Positions 1 to 11,463 are shown, counted from the first letter of the whole stretch. The stretch is DNA of 63,971 bases, filler included, from Craspedostauros australis (GCA_030167865.1; 18 parts of 18 records of this genome joined end to end with filler, not necessarily neighbours in it); one strand, 5' to 3'. The notes: generated by a model not told the origin, from the letters alone. Translations and numbers: made by a program.

Positions 1-1313
1 GATAGCCTGTCCAACAGTATCTTGCCGATCCGGAATTGCAACTCCGCCAATTTTGTATCGGGTACCATGTCCAGCGCCGATTCCTGCACTTTGTCATGTA
101 TGAAGGCGCCTTCGGTGACCGTGTTGCTGGATGCGCTATCAAGCGTGAGACCTGCTCCGCTCGCATCATCTCCGTCTCCAAGTCCACTGTCGAGTTCGAA
201 AGTCCCATCGATCAGTCCTTCCTCTTCACATGTCTGCAGCATCTGCACCGTCCTAGCGTTATCGGCCGGTGGATCGCTCTGGAACAAGTCTTTGTAGAAG
301 GCGAGATCGTCATTGGACTCGCGAAAGCCCCTGATCACTTGGCAAACCGACGCAATGGAAAACGTGGATCCCAAACAAGCCGCGACGGGCAGGACGAGCT
401 TCGCGTTGGCGACCTGCCGCAGCTTGGACCTCATCAACTCGACCACGTTGGTCGTCGCAGGACAGTCGCGCTGGATGGTGTCGTTGTCCCATTTCCATTG
501 ACCCGTGGCAATGGAGCAGGAAAGGAGATCTTCGTGCACCAGCAATTTCATGAGCTGCTGCACGAAGAAGACGTTACCGTCTGTCTTCTTGTGCACGATC
601 TCTGCCAATCCCTGGGTGTCCTGTACCCGCAATTCGCTCCCCAGCAACTCGGCAAGCATAGTGTGCACGTGCTCAACTGACAAGTCGCCCACTCGGAGGT
701 GCGCGGTTCGGATGGATCGATCTTGCTTGGCCTGGTGGATGGATTGGAGCATGCGCTGGCACGGGTTGTCGTGGTCTGGGCCAACCAGGTTGGACCGGTA
801 GCAGGCTACCACCATCAGCGACGAGATCTCAGTGTCGAGCACCCATGACTCGATCATGTTCAACGATGCCTTGTCGGCCCACTGCATGTCATCCGATACC
901 CAGACCAGCGGGCAATAGTCGCAGATCACCTTGATGAACCTGCGGAAGGCAAACTTCAAACGATCCGACTGCTCTCTGTATCCGTGCTTGTTGGTTTCAT
1001 CCTTCGCAATCACATGCCGCCGATGCGGAGTGCTGGATTTAGAAGTGGCATTGGCGTTGGCGTTAGTATTTCTACCAGTGTCGACACTTGCGCTCGTATT
1101 GGTGCGGCTTGCTGTGTTGCCGTGGGACGCACCGGACAGCACATCCGCGCCAATGATATCCTCGATGTTTGGCACCAGTCCGGATAGAACCTGCAGTTCG
1201 GTGACATCCAGATTCCTCACAATCCGATCGCGTAGATCATCAAAACAGCGACGATCTGCCGCGCTGAAGGATGACTTGGTGTGGAGGGAATGTCGTTGGC
1301 TTGTTCCGTTGGT
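1..1313. repeat. Inverted copy of 2864-4176
   Basis: 1-1313 is the reverse complement of 2864-4176; the mirrored ORF translations are identical. Both copies break at the same base next to an N run. Confidence 0.95.
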
Positions 1314-2297
1314 NNNNNNNNNNNNNNNNNNNNNNNNNNNNNNNNNNNNNNNNNNNNNNNNNNNNNNNNNNNNNNNNNNNNNNNNNNNNNNNNNNNNNNN
1401 NTCCATCTGCTTCAAATCGAACTTCCCGACGACGTAGAATGCACCGTGGACGATGCATTTGCCTCGCAACGTTCTCGCGAGTGAGGACTTGCCTGTGCCA
1501 GACAGGCCGGCGATCGTTACGAAGGATCTGGTGGTAGTGCGAGTTTCGTACCGTTCCTGTGAGTGTTGCTGCGTTTGGTCGAGGCCATCAACCGCGGCAG
1601 CTGTCGCCGTTGCGGTTGCCGTCGCTGCTGCCATTGCCAACGATGATGAGGTTGCAGCTGATGTGGCCTTCACCATTTGGGAGAATTCATGGGACAGCAC
1701 GCGCTGTTCGACGTCCCTCCCAACAAGGCANANNCGGGAGAAGTTGAGCTTTTCCTGCGCCAGTTGCGTCAGCTTGGACGTTGCATGCGCTTTCGCACTG
1801 AGAGTGGCCATGACGGGTTCATTGATTTCGAGGTTGCTGGTCAATTGTATCGCAGGAACGGCCGCTTGGAGCATCCCGCTTCTGCGCGTTCCGCCGGTGG
1901 CATCAATATTAAGTGTTCCGCGCATCAGCGAAGATGCGGATGATTGCGGCAGCGGCACAATCGAACTTCTGGCTGACGAAGGTCTACCCGTGCCACTCCG
2001 TCGATGTGCGCTGTTCCTGCTGCTGCTCCTACTATTAATGCTCGCCGTGGGGATCGTGTTTCCGGCGTGATCAAACACGCTGTCTGCACTTGCGAGTGTC
2101 AAGCTGGCAACCGAGCGCGACGACATGTTCTGGAGCGGTGCCACGTTGTGGTCGGCTCCGACCGAACCGCCATCTCCTTCCATTTGCTTCTGGTCTTCGT
2201 GTAGGCCATGCTGGTGCTGCGCTTGTGCCAGCGCCTTCTGTTGTTGGCGTGCGGTCGCGGAGCTGTCGGGGATCGTCCCGGCCATCAAGGAAGACAT
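1..2297 (-). CDS. STAND/AAA_16-type P-loop ATPase with TPR-like C-terminus (COG3899-like core); N-terminal part, runs off the window start
   Basis: Manual minus-strand translation from ATG at 2297 gives MSSLMAGTIP...CLVGRDVEQRVL...FVTIAGLSGTGKSSLA (Walker A)...VGKFD. After the N gap (1314-1401) the sequence is identical to the 2864-4176 copy (Walker B-like LVWVSDDMQWAD). It is absent from the ORF track because no stop codon lies inside the window. Confidence 0.8.
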   Translation of the reverse strand, partial: MSSLMAGTIPDSSATARQQQKALAQAQHQHGLHEDQKQMEGDGGSVGADHNVAPLQNMSSRSVASLTLASADSVFDHAGNTIPTASINSRSSSRNSAHRRSGTGRPSSARSSIVPLPQSSASSLMRGTLNIDATGGTRRSGMLQAAVPAIQLTSNLEINEPVMATLSAKAHATSKLTQLAQEKLNFSXXCLVGRDVEQRVLSHEFSQMVKATSAATSSSLAMAAATATATATAAAVDGLDQTQQHSQERYETRTTTRSFVTIAGLSGTGKSSLARTLRGKCIVHGAFYVVGKFDLKQMXXXXXXXXXXXXXXXXXXXXXXXXXXXXXXTNGTSQRHSLHTKSSFSAADRRCFDDLRDRIVRNLDVTELQVLSGLVPNIEDIIGADVLSGASHGNTASRTNTSASVDTGRNTNANANATSKSSTPHRRHVIAKDETNKHGYREQSDRLKFAFRRFIKVICDYCPLVWVSDDMQWADKASLNMIESWVLDTEISSLMVVACYRSNLVGPDHDNPCQRMLQSIHQAKQDRSIRTAHLRVGDLSVEHVHTMLAELLGSELRVQDTQGLAEIVHKKTDGNVFFVQQLMKLLVHEDLLSCSIATGQWKWDNDTIQRDCPATTNVVELMRSKLRQVANAKLVLPVAACLGSTFSIASVCQVIRGFRESNDDLAFYKDLFQSDPPADNARTVQMLQTCEEEGLIDGTFELDSGLGDGDDASGAGLTLDSASSNTVTEGAFIHDKVQESALDMVPDTKLAELQFRIGKILLDRL

Positions 2298-2574
2298 CGT
2301 TGAGTTACTGACGTTCTGGAGTCTGTATTATTGCTTCTCCTCTACTCTGCAGCTGCTCCACTCTGCTCTGACCCAACCTTTGTGACGTGACGTGCATCAA
2401 GATCATTCAAGAAGGATCTGTGTCTTTCTCAACTCTTCCGCTCCACGTTCCACGCAGAGCTGTTGTCCGTGATGTAATCGCCTTGGTGACCCGTTGGATG
2501 GGCACGTGTCTTTGTGCCTGTGTTGCCAACGAACCAGCCGGAAAGAACGAAGATGAACACAAAGGCTGCTCCTG

Positions 2575-2763
2575 GGACACCCAATAATTTGTCCAGAATT
2601 TGTGTGTTGACATCTTTTCTAGTCTTGCGGGACTGAAAAAGGACAGAACCAGAGTATCGATCAAGTTTGTCATTATTTTCTTCTAAGTCGACCATTTGAG
2701 AAAAAATTCAGCAATGGCGAGCAATGGCTTAACGGACTCTATCGGACAAAGTTGAACATGAGG
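2575..2763 (+). mobile_element. Left end of a Harbinger-type MITE (same family as 14282-14797), cut by the contig end
   Basis: CTG followed by GGACACCCAATAATTTGTCCAGAAT; the next ~190 bp are near-identical to 14282-14470. Confidence 0.85.
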
Positions 2764-2863
2764 NNNNNNNNNNNNNNNNNNNNNNNNNNNNNNNNNNNNN
2801 NNNNNNNTTAATTAATTAANNNNNNNNNNNNNNNNNNNNNNNNNNNNNNNNNNNNNNNNNNNN
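2764..2863. other. Artificial contig-joining spacer (first of 17)
   Basis: 44 N + TTAATTAATTAA (stops in all six frames) + 44 N. The core recurs near 6326, 9904, 12135, 16937, 21774, 23027, 34336, 37134, 39599, 41196, 43364, 47506, 48704, 50156, 60644 and 62893. Confidence 0.97.
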
Positions 2864-5800
2864 ACCAACGGAACAAGCCAACGACATTCCCTCCACACCA
2901 AGTCATCCTTCAGCGCGGCAGATCGTCGCTGTTTTGATGATCTACGCGATCGGATTGTGAGGAATCTGGATGTCACCGAACTGCAGGTTCTATCCGGACT
3001 GGTGCCAAACATCGAGGATATCATTGGCGCGGATGTGCTGTCCGGTGCGTCCCACGGCAACACAGCAAGCCGCACCAATACGAGCGCAAGTGTCGACACT
3101 GGTAGAAATACTAACGCCAACGCCAATGCCACTTCTAAATCCAGCACTCCGCATCGGCGGCATGTGATTGCGAAGGATGAAACCAACAAGCACGGATACA
3201 GAGAGCAGTCGGATCGTTTGAAGTTTGCCTTCCGCAGGTTCATCAAGGTGATCTGCGACTATTGCCCGCTGGTCTGGGTATCGGATGACATGCAGTGGGC
3301 CGACAAGGCATCGTTGAACATGATCGAGTCATGGGTGCTCGACACTGAGATCTCGTCGCTGATGGTGGTAGCCTGCTACCGGTCCAACCTGGTTGGCCCA
3401 GACCACGACAACCCGTGCCAGCGCATGCTCCAATCCATCCACCAGGCCAAGCAAGATCGATCCATCCGAACCGCGCACCTCCGAGTGGGCGACTTGTCAG
3501 TTGAGCACGTGCACACTATGCTTGCCGAGTTGCTGGGGAGCGAATTGCGGGTACAGGACACCCAGGGATTGGCAGAGATCGTGCACAAGAAGACAGACGG
3601 TAACGTCTTCTTCGTGCAGCAGCTCATGAAATTGCTGGTGCACGAAGATCTCCTTTCCTGCTCCATTGCCACGGGTCAATGGAAATGGGACAACGACACC
3701 ATCCAGCGCGACTGTCCTGCGACGACCAACGTGGTCGAGTTGATGAGGTCCAAGCTGCGGCAGGTCGCCAACGCGAAGCTCGTCCTGCCCGTCGCGGCTT
3801 GTTTGGGATCCACGTTTTCCATTGCGTCGGTTTGCCAAGTGATCAGGGGCTTTCGCGAGTCCAATGACGATCTCGCCTTCTACAAAGACTTGTTCCAGAG
3901 CGATCCACCGGCCGATAACGCTAGGACGGTGCAGATGCTGCAGACATGTGAAGAGGAAGGACTGATCGATGGGACTTTCGAACTCGACAGTGGACTTGGA
4001 GACGGAGATGATGCGAGCGGAGCAGGTCTCACGCTTGATAGCGCATCCAGCAACACGGTCACCGAAGGCGCCTTCATACATGACAAAGTGCAGGAATCGG
4101 CGCTGGACATGGTACCCGATACAAAATTGGCGGAGTTGCAATTCCGGATCGGCAAGATACTGTTGGACAGGCTATCGTCGGCGGAGCTCGCTCGATCACT
4201 GTTCATCGTCGTCAACCTGCTCAACGCCAGGCTGGATCTAGTGCCGCCGTACTCGTATCCCAACGATCAGCATGGGGACGACAATGATGATCAGCGAAGC
4301 AAGACGCGCCTAAACACTCACAGCAGCAACGCAAATCGAAGACACCACGAACAGGACCAAGATCCTACCCGACCACTTGCTGAATTGAACCTCACGAGCA
4401 TTGAGGCATCTCAACGCTTTGTGTTGGCCGAACTGAATCATTCCGCAGGATCGCAGGCCGTCGTATGCGCGGCATTCAGCGCAGCGGCAGTGTACTTCAA
4501 GAATGCCATTGAGTTGCTTCCGAAGAGCCATTGGAAAACGCACCATGCCATGAGTTTGGACATCTTCACGGCAGCCACCGAGTGCGCCTTCATGACTTCA
4601 GAAACGAAGCTGTTTCGCAAATACGCCGACGAGGTCATCAAGCTGGATTGCCCAATGATCGACAAGATGCAAGTGTACCATGTCATGATGGATGCATCGA
4701 TGGGTAACATCGAACGTGAAAAGGCGAGCGATGCCACCGATCTTGGCCGCGAAGTGTTGGCCCATTTCGGGTACCGGTTCCCAAAGAGGAAGCTCCCCAT
4801 GACCATTGCCACGATGTTTGGTCTGCTGCGGCTCAACGCAACGGTCAACACATGGACACCCCAGACCATGGACACGCTCCCCGATGCAATAGATCCGACA
4901 GATATGGCCGTGATGAAGGCGCTCGACAAGCTATCGACGGCGGCGTACCTGACAAAACCCAGCCTACTTCCGTTGGTCCTCCTGAAGAGCGTGAAGCGGA
5001 CGTTCAACAACGGCATCACTCTGTACTCCCCAGTCGCATTCGCAATCCTTGGGATGATCCTGGGTTGGACGCTGGGACGATCACAGGAGAGTCGAGTTTG
5101 TGCCAACCACGCAATCGACATGGTGCAGAAGATGGAAGATCGGTCGTCGGAGGCCAGAGTCATCCTCGTGTGCAACGGCATAGTGCTGCACTTCACCCAG
5201 GCGTTCGAAACCTTGAGAAAACCGCTGTTGCGAGCTTACAGCATCGGAATGGCGACGGGGGATGTCGAATCGGCCCTGTGGTGCATGTTCGTCTTCATCG
5301 AAGTGTCTTGGTACACCGGCAAGTCGCTCCATACCCTCGACATGGATTGCTCCACCTACAGCAAAGTATCGGCGGACTTCGGCCAGATGCGGCAGGTGGA
5401 AAGCATCAAGCTGATTTGGCAAGCCATACTGAATCTGAGGGGATTCGCCGAGGATCTGTCCATCATGGTCGGGGACGTGTGTAACGAGGTCACAGCAATG
5501 CCTCGGTACGAGCAAAAAGGAGACGACTTTCTGAGAGCAATGCTGCTGAGGATGAAGATCATGATGGCGGCATACTTCGGAGATTTTGAGACTGCCGCTG
5601 ATCTTGCCCTGATCACGTTTGATCTGCACCATGAGGCAATCCCAGCCAGCGTAGCATTTCTTCCATTGTCCTTCTTCTGTTCCTTCGCGTGCTACGTGGC
5701 CGTGTCGATGAACCGGAGGAGCAGGCGGGTCATTCGGCAATACAAACGCATGGCGACTCGGGCTCGACGGATGATCCAGATGTGGAACAATCGGGGCAAT

Positions 5801-6157
5801 CCGAACTGCGCACACTACTTGGCCATCCTCGATGCAGAGAGATCCATCGGGAAACCTCCCACCCCGCCGGGCCGCTTCGCTGGAAGATCCAACAAACAGC
5901 ATCCAGCAGTCGCCAGCTACCAAAAGGCAATCCGGTTGACAGCGCGCCGTGGTTTCATCAACGATCGGGCATTTGCCAACGAAAGGCTTGCATACTACTT
6001 CCGCCAACACACGGACGATGAAGAGAGCGCGCGGTTTCATTTTGACGAGGCCATGCGCTTGTACAAAGAATGGGGCGCCGATGGGAAAGTGAAATCGATG
6101 GAAGGCAAGAGCAACCACCTGTGGCAGCCACCGTCTGAGATCGAAGTCACGATGTGA
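2864..6157 (+). CDS. STAND/AAA ATPase-TPR-like protein, 5'-partial (same gene as 1-2297)
   Basis: 1066-aa ORF with DDMQWAD, KTDGNVFFVQQL, AACLGSTF, FIHDKVQESA and a C-terminal AFANER...AMRLYKEWGA motif. These resemble the core of bacterial kinase/ATPase/sensor fusion proteins, but no kinase, GAF or HisKA domain is seen. Confidence 0.85.
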   Translation, partial: TNGTSQRHSLHTKSSFSAADRRCFDDLRDRIVRNLDVTELQVLSGLVPNIEDIIGADVLSGASHGNTASRTNTSASVDTGRNTNANANATSKSSTPHRRHVIAKDETNKHGYREQSDRLKFAFRRFIKVICDYCPLVWVSDDMQWADKASLNMIESWVLDTEISSLMVVACYRSNLVGPDHDNPCQRMLQSIHQAKQDRSIRTAHLRVGDLSVEHVHTMLAELLGSELRVQDTQGLAEIVHKKTDGNVFFVQQLMKLLVHEDLLSCSIATGQWKWDNDTIQRDCPATTNVVELMRSKLRQVANAKLVLPVAACLGSTFSIASVCQVIRGFRESNDDLAFYKDLFQSDPPADNARTVQMLQTCEEEGLIDGTFELDSGLGDGDDASGAGLTLDSASSNTVTEGAFIHDKVQESALDMVPDTKLAELQFRIGKILLDRLSSAELARSLFIVVNLLNARLDLVPPYSYPNDQHGDDNDDQRSKTRLNTHSSNANRRHHEQDQDPTRPLAELNLTSIEASQRFVLAELNHSAGSQAVVCAAFSAAAVYFKNAIELLPKSHWKTHHAMSLDIFTAATECAFMTSETKLFRKYADEVIKLDCPMIDKMQVYHVMMDASMGNIEREKASDATDLGREVLAHFGYRFPKRKLPMTIATMFGLLRLNATVNTWTPQTMDTLPDAIDPTDMAVMKALDKLSTAAYLTKPSLLPLVLLKSVKRTFNNGITLYSPVAFAILGMILGWTLGRSQESRVCANHAIDMVQKMEDRSSEARVILVCNGIVLHFTQAFETLRKPLLRAYSIGMATGDVESALWCMFVFIEVSWYTGKSLHTLDMDCSTYSKVSADFGQMRQVESIKLIWQAILNLRGFAEDLSIMVGDVCNEVTAMPRYEQKGDDFLRAMLLRMKIMMAAYFGDFETAADLALITFDLHHEAIPASVAFLPLSFFCSFACYVAVSMNRRSRRVIRQYKRMATRARRMIQMWNNRGNPNCAHYLAILDAERSIGKPPTPPGRFAGRSNKQHPAVASYQKAIRLTARRGFINDRAFANERLAYYFRQHTDDEESARFHFDEAMRLYKEWGADGKVKSMEGKSNHLWQPPSEIEVTM

Positions 6158-6381
6158 GGCGCGAACTGAAGACTTGATTACCTTCGTTCGACGAGCCACC
6201 AGTTCCCATGTTGCGAACAGTCATTACATCGGAGGACGCGTCATACGAGCTATTGGCAGGAATCCGATGGCTGTAGCGGCANNNNNNNNNNNNNNNNNNN
6301 NNNNNNNNNNNNNNNNNNNNNNNNNTTAATTAATTAANNNNNNNNNNNNNNNNNNNNNNNNNNNNNNNNNNNNNNNNNNNN

Positions 6382-6470
6382 CCCCTCTGTACCCCCTGTG
6401 TACCCCCTGTGTACCCCCCTGTTCTCCCTATGTTCCATCATGTCTCCTCTGTGTCCCCTCTCTGTCCCCC
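6382..6470. repeat. Short tandem repeat (CCCCCTGTGTA-like units) at a contig edge
   Basis: cccctctgta ccccctgtgta ccccctgtgta cccccctgt, then degenerate units. Confidence 0.6.
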
Positions 6471-8201
6471 GACGCACAAACTCAAACAAGCTAAATTTGG
6501 TACTGGTGCTACGTATATTTTTACACACAATGCTGCATTGGTTGTGGGACATTTCAGATATAATCGAAATAGCTAGCACATTATGTGTATGTGACACGAA
6601 ATCGTGAGTTATCCAAAAAAGAAGAACACATCTGTCCGAATTGACAGCATGCGACATGTCGTAGTTCTCGAAAGCTCGTGTTGGGCACCACGCCCGTTCG
6701 CCAAACGACACGAAAATGATACTCGTTTGCACAAGCCAACCTTACCACCAACCAATCACAAGATTGCGAATCGCCCAGGTCAAGGGCGAAGCTCTGGAAT
6801 CAGGCATGCCCGGCGCGCAACTTCAACGGCAGACAGGGACTACATTGTCAGGCACGACTCGATTCATCTCAATCACGAGCTCATGGAGTCGTGAGTGGAC
6901 AAATTACCGTGTTCCCCTGTGCTCGCGCCGGATGTTCGAATAGAAGAGTTTGTGTCACTCCAACCAAATGCAAGACACTTCCCCATTCAACAATCGGATG
7001 GGATTTATTGGGACGAGAACCCTGCGTCAGGAGTGAGTACTAGTGACCGTCCGTAACACTCCCGAAGATGATGGCGTCGTGTTAGGCGCCGTTTTCGGAC
7101 ACAGGACCATGTCGCTACGAATACGTGTGTAGCGGATGCGTGGTGGCTGATGGAGTACAAAGACTTTTGATGACAGCTGCTATTTTGCTCTTGGCTTTGT
7201 TACAGGGAGACATACTTCTCCAAGACTGTGAGCCGCTCACAAATCGGATGCTGGGGTGCTGGCGTCTCCTGTTTTCTGGGGAAGAACACATCGACGCAAG
7301 AATGCTTGCAGAGCAGCGAAGGAACAAGAAGGTATGATGTTGATGGGGGCGAAACAAGACCACGAAGTCGCCGTTTGACTCCACTCATCGCGTGCCGATT
7401 CCGCAGGCCAAGCCATCAGGGAGTATCCTGACACGATCGCAGCACATGCTCGTGGAGGATATGTGTACCATGCCTACCTGCGCGTGTTCGCAGTGAATGG
7501 TAGTGAATGGTAGTGAATGGCAGCGGAGGGGCGAGCGACAAGGGACGCGCAGGCGCCACCCGTCCGCACCTGCCGAGGCGCCGATGGACCAAGGCCACAA
7601 ACGAGAACGAAGCAGGAAAAGACATGATGAAAGTGAGGTCTTGGTCTTGGTCATGTGCGAGTCAAGTAGGAGTCAAATACTCCACTCTACACTGTTGTAT
7701 TAGTATGGTGTGGTATCATCTTGGACGGAGGGGATGTTCAGGTACTCCATCCATCGGTACTTCGACTACCTCTCCTGCACTCTCTTGTGGCTCCACCGCT
7801 GCATGCTCACTTTGTGTTCTTGGTTGAGTGTCGCGGACAGCGTCCATCTTGGTTTGGATTCGGCCGGCGGTTGTATCGGAGTAAAGGAGGTAGGTGGATT
7901 CGCGTTGGTGCCATCTCATGTCGACTCACTGCAACTCACATACCAACCCACGTACCAACCCACGTACCAACCCATGCCGAGTCGTACTCGTACGAGCCAT
8001 AGTACAGAATCACATCGGATAGTGTGTTGTTTAATGCGCAGCACCATCATCACATTCAACTCAGCGTTAGATCAGCATGTGTTGAATCGACTTCGATCAC
8101 TTCCTTATTCTCATAATTCGCAAACGCCGAGCAACAACAAACCACAAGCACACAACAACAACAACTCACCACCCAAACACAAACAAGCAAAGTAAGCAAA
8201 C

Positions 8202-8930
8202 ATGACTTTCCTCACCATGTCCCGATTCGCCCTCGCCGCTGCATTCATTCTCAACATGACAGCAACCACCACCATGGTGTCTGCCGCCAACGAACTCATC
8301 GTCACTTGCCCACCATCAAGCCTCCCCAACGAGAAGTGCACTGTGTACCGCATGGAAGCCATCCGCGGCCTCATCAAGTCGATGATCAAGACCTGCGCCG
8401 GCGAAGGTTCCGACCATCTCTTCGATGACACCATCCTCGCAGGTGGTCCACAATACATGGGAAGCAGCCATCCAGGAGATCGCCGCAACCTCGACGAAGC
8501 AGCAGACCACGCCAGTGACGTCCGCGCCGCTGTGCACAATCATCACGCATCCAACCTGCGCGGTGGTGCCGCCATCGATGAGGTTGCTCCACAGGAGCAC
8601 AGAAACCGCCGCCGTCTGCAGATCTGCGAGCCATGGGTGCCGCAGATGTGCCACACCACCGACGCGGTCATGCAGTTCACCTGCTGCGTCTATTACTCCG
8701 ATTGCAACTATTGCGTCAACTACCCAGGAACCCGCCGCAGATTGCAGGACGAGGATGAAGATAAGGAGAACGACGAAAGCGCAGCCCCAGTGGCCCACAT
8801 CGCCGACTACACCCAGAGGATGGCGGAGACCTGCACCAAGGCGTACAAGGAACTCGTGACCAGCTACCCGGACTGTCTGGGAGATGCCGAGGAGGCTGCC
8901 TGTCACGTGGTTGACTTCAAGATGGACTGA
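8202..8930 (+). CDS. Secreted Cys-rich precursor protein with RxL processing motifs
   Basis: 242 aa; hydrophobic signal peptide (FALAAAFILNMTATTTMVSA); RRNL, RRRLQ and RRRLQ motifs; 12 Cys; A/C-rich leader before the ATG. Confidence 0.8.
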   Translation: MTFLTMSRFALAAAFILNMTATTTMVSAANELIVTCPPSSLPNEKCTVYRMEAIRGLIKSMIKTCAGEGSDHLFDDTILAGGPQYMGSSHPGDRRNLDEAADHASDVRAAVHNHHASNLRGGAAIDEVAPQEHRNRRRLQICEPWVPQMCHTTDAVMQFTCCVYYSDCNYCVNYPGTRRRLQDEDEDKENDESAAPVAHIADYTQRMAETCTKAYKELVTSYPDCLGDAEEAACHVVDFKMD

Positions 8931-11463
8931 GCGCATTCCGGGTAGCATCGTCGGTCATCGGCATCCATGAAGGAAGCGTTTCTCGGTCTGTTTCCTCCAC
9001 CTTCAACAATACACAATACAGCACCAGTACATAAAACGGAATAGATACATAAAAATCCAAACAAACGTACGCACATTCACGCATACTTACACATGTGCAA
9101 GACCTGTGCCAATCATGCGCGTCCGCTATGATCGTGATCTTGTAAGACTGCTTGGTTGCGCTTGTGGTTGCGTTTGTGACCGCAACCGTGGCTGTGACTG
9201 CGGCGGTGTGTGGTCGGCAAATCGCAAGCACAAGCGCAAGTTGCAGGCATAGATGCAAGCACAGGCACAGGTGTACGTGCAAGCGCAAGGAGCCTGATGG
9301 CGAAGACCCAATGCATGATCTCCCGCACAATCAAGACCAATACGGTTCTGCTGATGTGTACATTGTCGGAAAGGTTTGAGCTGTCTGAGTTGGTTGTTTG
9401 GTGATGGCTGTCGGATGCAAAGAAAATGTGGTCGCCAGGCACTCATCGCTTGTTGGGAGAGCGTGTGTCACTTGTGAAAGTCATGACATGTTGGCCATTC
9501 GTGATGATACTTCTATCACATCACTCCCAAGTCGTTTGCGGATGCCTGTGTGATCTTGGGGGGTTGGATGTTGATGATCCGCGGAGTGGCGATGGCTGCA
9601 GAGTGGAGCCGATGCGACGAGTGATGGCGGAGTTAGTTCCGGCGATGATGTCATTGATGATGTCATTGATGAGCGACAGCTGAGCCGGTATCACAGGAAC
9701 ACCGCAAAGATTGAGATCCGCACGGAACGGGAGAAGAAAGATGGGAGCACAGAAAGACAGAAACAAGGACACACAGACACATGAACACAGAGACGCACAG
9801 AAGTCCAGGTCCCCCGTTTCTCTTTTCTCTTGTCTCTCACCTTTCTCCACTCTCGTATGNNNNNNNNNNNNNNNNNNNNNNNNNNNNNNNNNNNNNNNNN
9901 NNNTTAATTAATTAANNNNNNNNNNNNNNNNNNNNNNNNNNNNNNNNNNNNNNNNNNNNAGCAGCAACATGCGGAAGCAAGCCTGACACACACTTATCAA
10001 GAACCGATCGGAGATAAGAGGAGAAATAATTCAGAGGAGAAGAAGCAGCAACCATCGAAGAGTAGGTCATGAACGCTAGCCCTGGATGTAGTAGAGGAGA
10101 GACAATGAGCGCGTCAGAAGCAATGGAAGCTCTTCAACGAGAGGAAGATGAGGACGAATTTGATGACATGGATGCATCAACGGCAAAGTGGGCACGATCA
10201 AGCCAAGGCACCACAGGAGTAGCAAGCGAGCTCAGTAGGACACAAACAATATGATCTGTGCATAGGTCGGCAGCCGAGGCAAGGCTGAACAGCAGAACAG
10301 AATTGCTGTACTTGCACAGTCGAAATGGGCGGAAAAGAGTGAGATAGATGAACTAATAATAATGCGTGTAACCCCAGGCTTCTGCCACAGTACATGTATG
10401 TGCAATATCCTCTATAACGCTAGCACTAGACGTAGTACACACCACCAATACGACAAAGTTGCAACACAATGGAAGGAGAAGCTGCAACGTAAGGACAGTT
10501 TGTGTAGTAAGAATAACACGACAAAACATGCAGTGCGCACAGTATCACGAGGAATCGGTGAAAAGATGGATGTTGGGCGAGTCGAACTAATCCAATCTCA
10601 GAGAGGGGGTAATCTGACGAGTCATTTCGTGCTCGTAAGTGGATTGGTGAGTCCACTTACGTAACTGGATCGGTGAGTCCACTTACTGCGAAGGTGGCAA
10701 AATAAGAGCCCGATCAGTGAGTCGACCTGCACTCCGTTATTGGCGTCTATAAAATTTAACTTGAATATACCAACCAAGCACATATTCGTAATCCTTGCAG
10801 GTCTAATACAAATAATTAACCGATGGATTTTTTAGTTAGATCCTATTTTAAGTTTTATGCATATTCAAAGGTGTTGTGAAGTCGTATGGGTCGACCCTCG
10901 TGAACTTCCTAGTTGTTTCACAGAAGGTTCGATTATGTTCTCGTGCATTTACCTTATGTCATCCAGTCACGGAATAGACGCCGGGATTGTCGTTCGTTTG
11001 GTACGCGTTAAATACACGTTAGCATCTGCGACATGATCTCACATTTTGCTCGTCACAANNNNNNNNNNNNNNNNNNNNNNNNNNNNNNNNNNNNNNNNNN
11101 NNNNNNNNNNNNNNNNNNNNNNNNNNNNNNNNNNNNNNNNNNNNNNNNNNNNNNNNNNNNNNNNNNNNNNNNNNNNNNNNNNNNNNNNNNNNNNNNNNNN
11201 NNNNNNNNNNNNTCATCGCCACTCTTTCGCTCCATTTCACAACTTTCCTCGCCAATGCCATGCGCACTCGCTGTTGTGTTCCATGCTTGTGCTCGCTCTA
11301 GTAGTGTAGTAGTAGTAGTAGTAGTAGCAGTTGGTGTTGGTGTTGGTGTTGTTGTCAACAAATGGTCGACCTTGCATTGTATGCTCTCCGTCGTCACTTC
11401 GTCTCAGGCCAGTTCAACACATCCAACTAGCTAACAACTATACTCTCCAGAAACAACTACATC

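Noticed and set aside
1..4176. Large inverted repeat or palindromic gene pair
   Set aside because: The copies are identical, lie on different contigs and break at the same base. Redundant assembly or allelic contigs explain this more simply.
5081..6199. Long antisense ORFs (also 35561-36445, 56160-56930, 57849-58601)
   Set aside because: They are shadows of GC3-rich coding sequence on the opposite strand and have no motifs.
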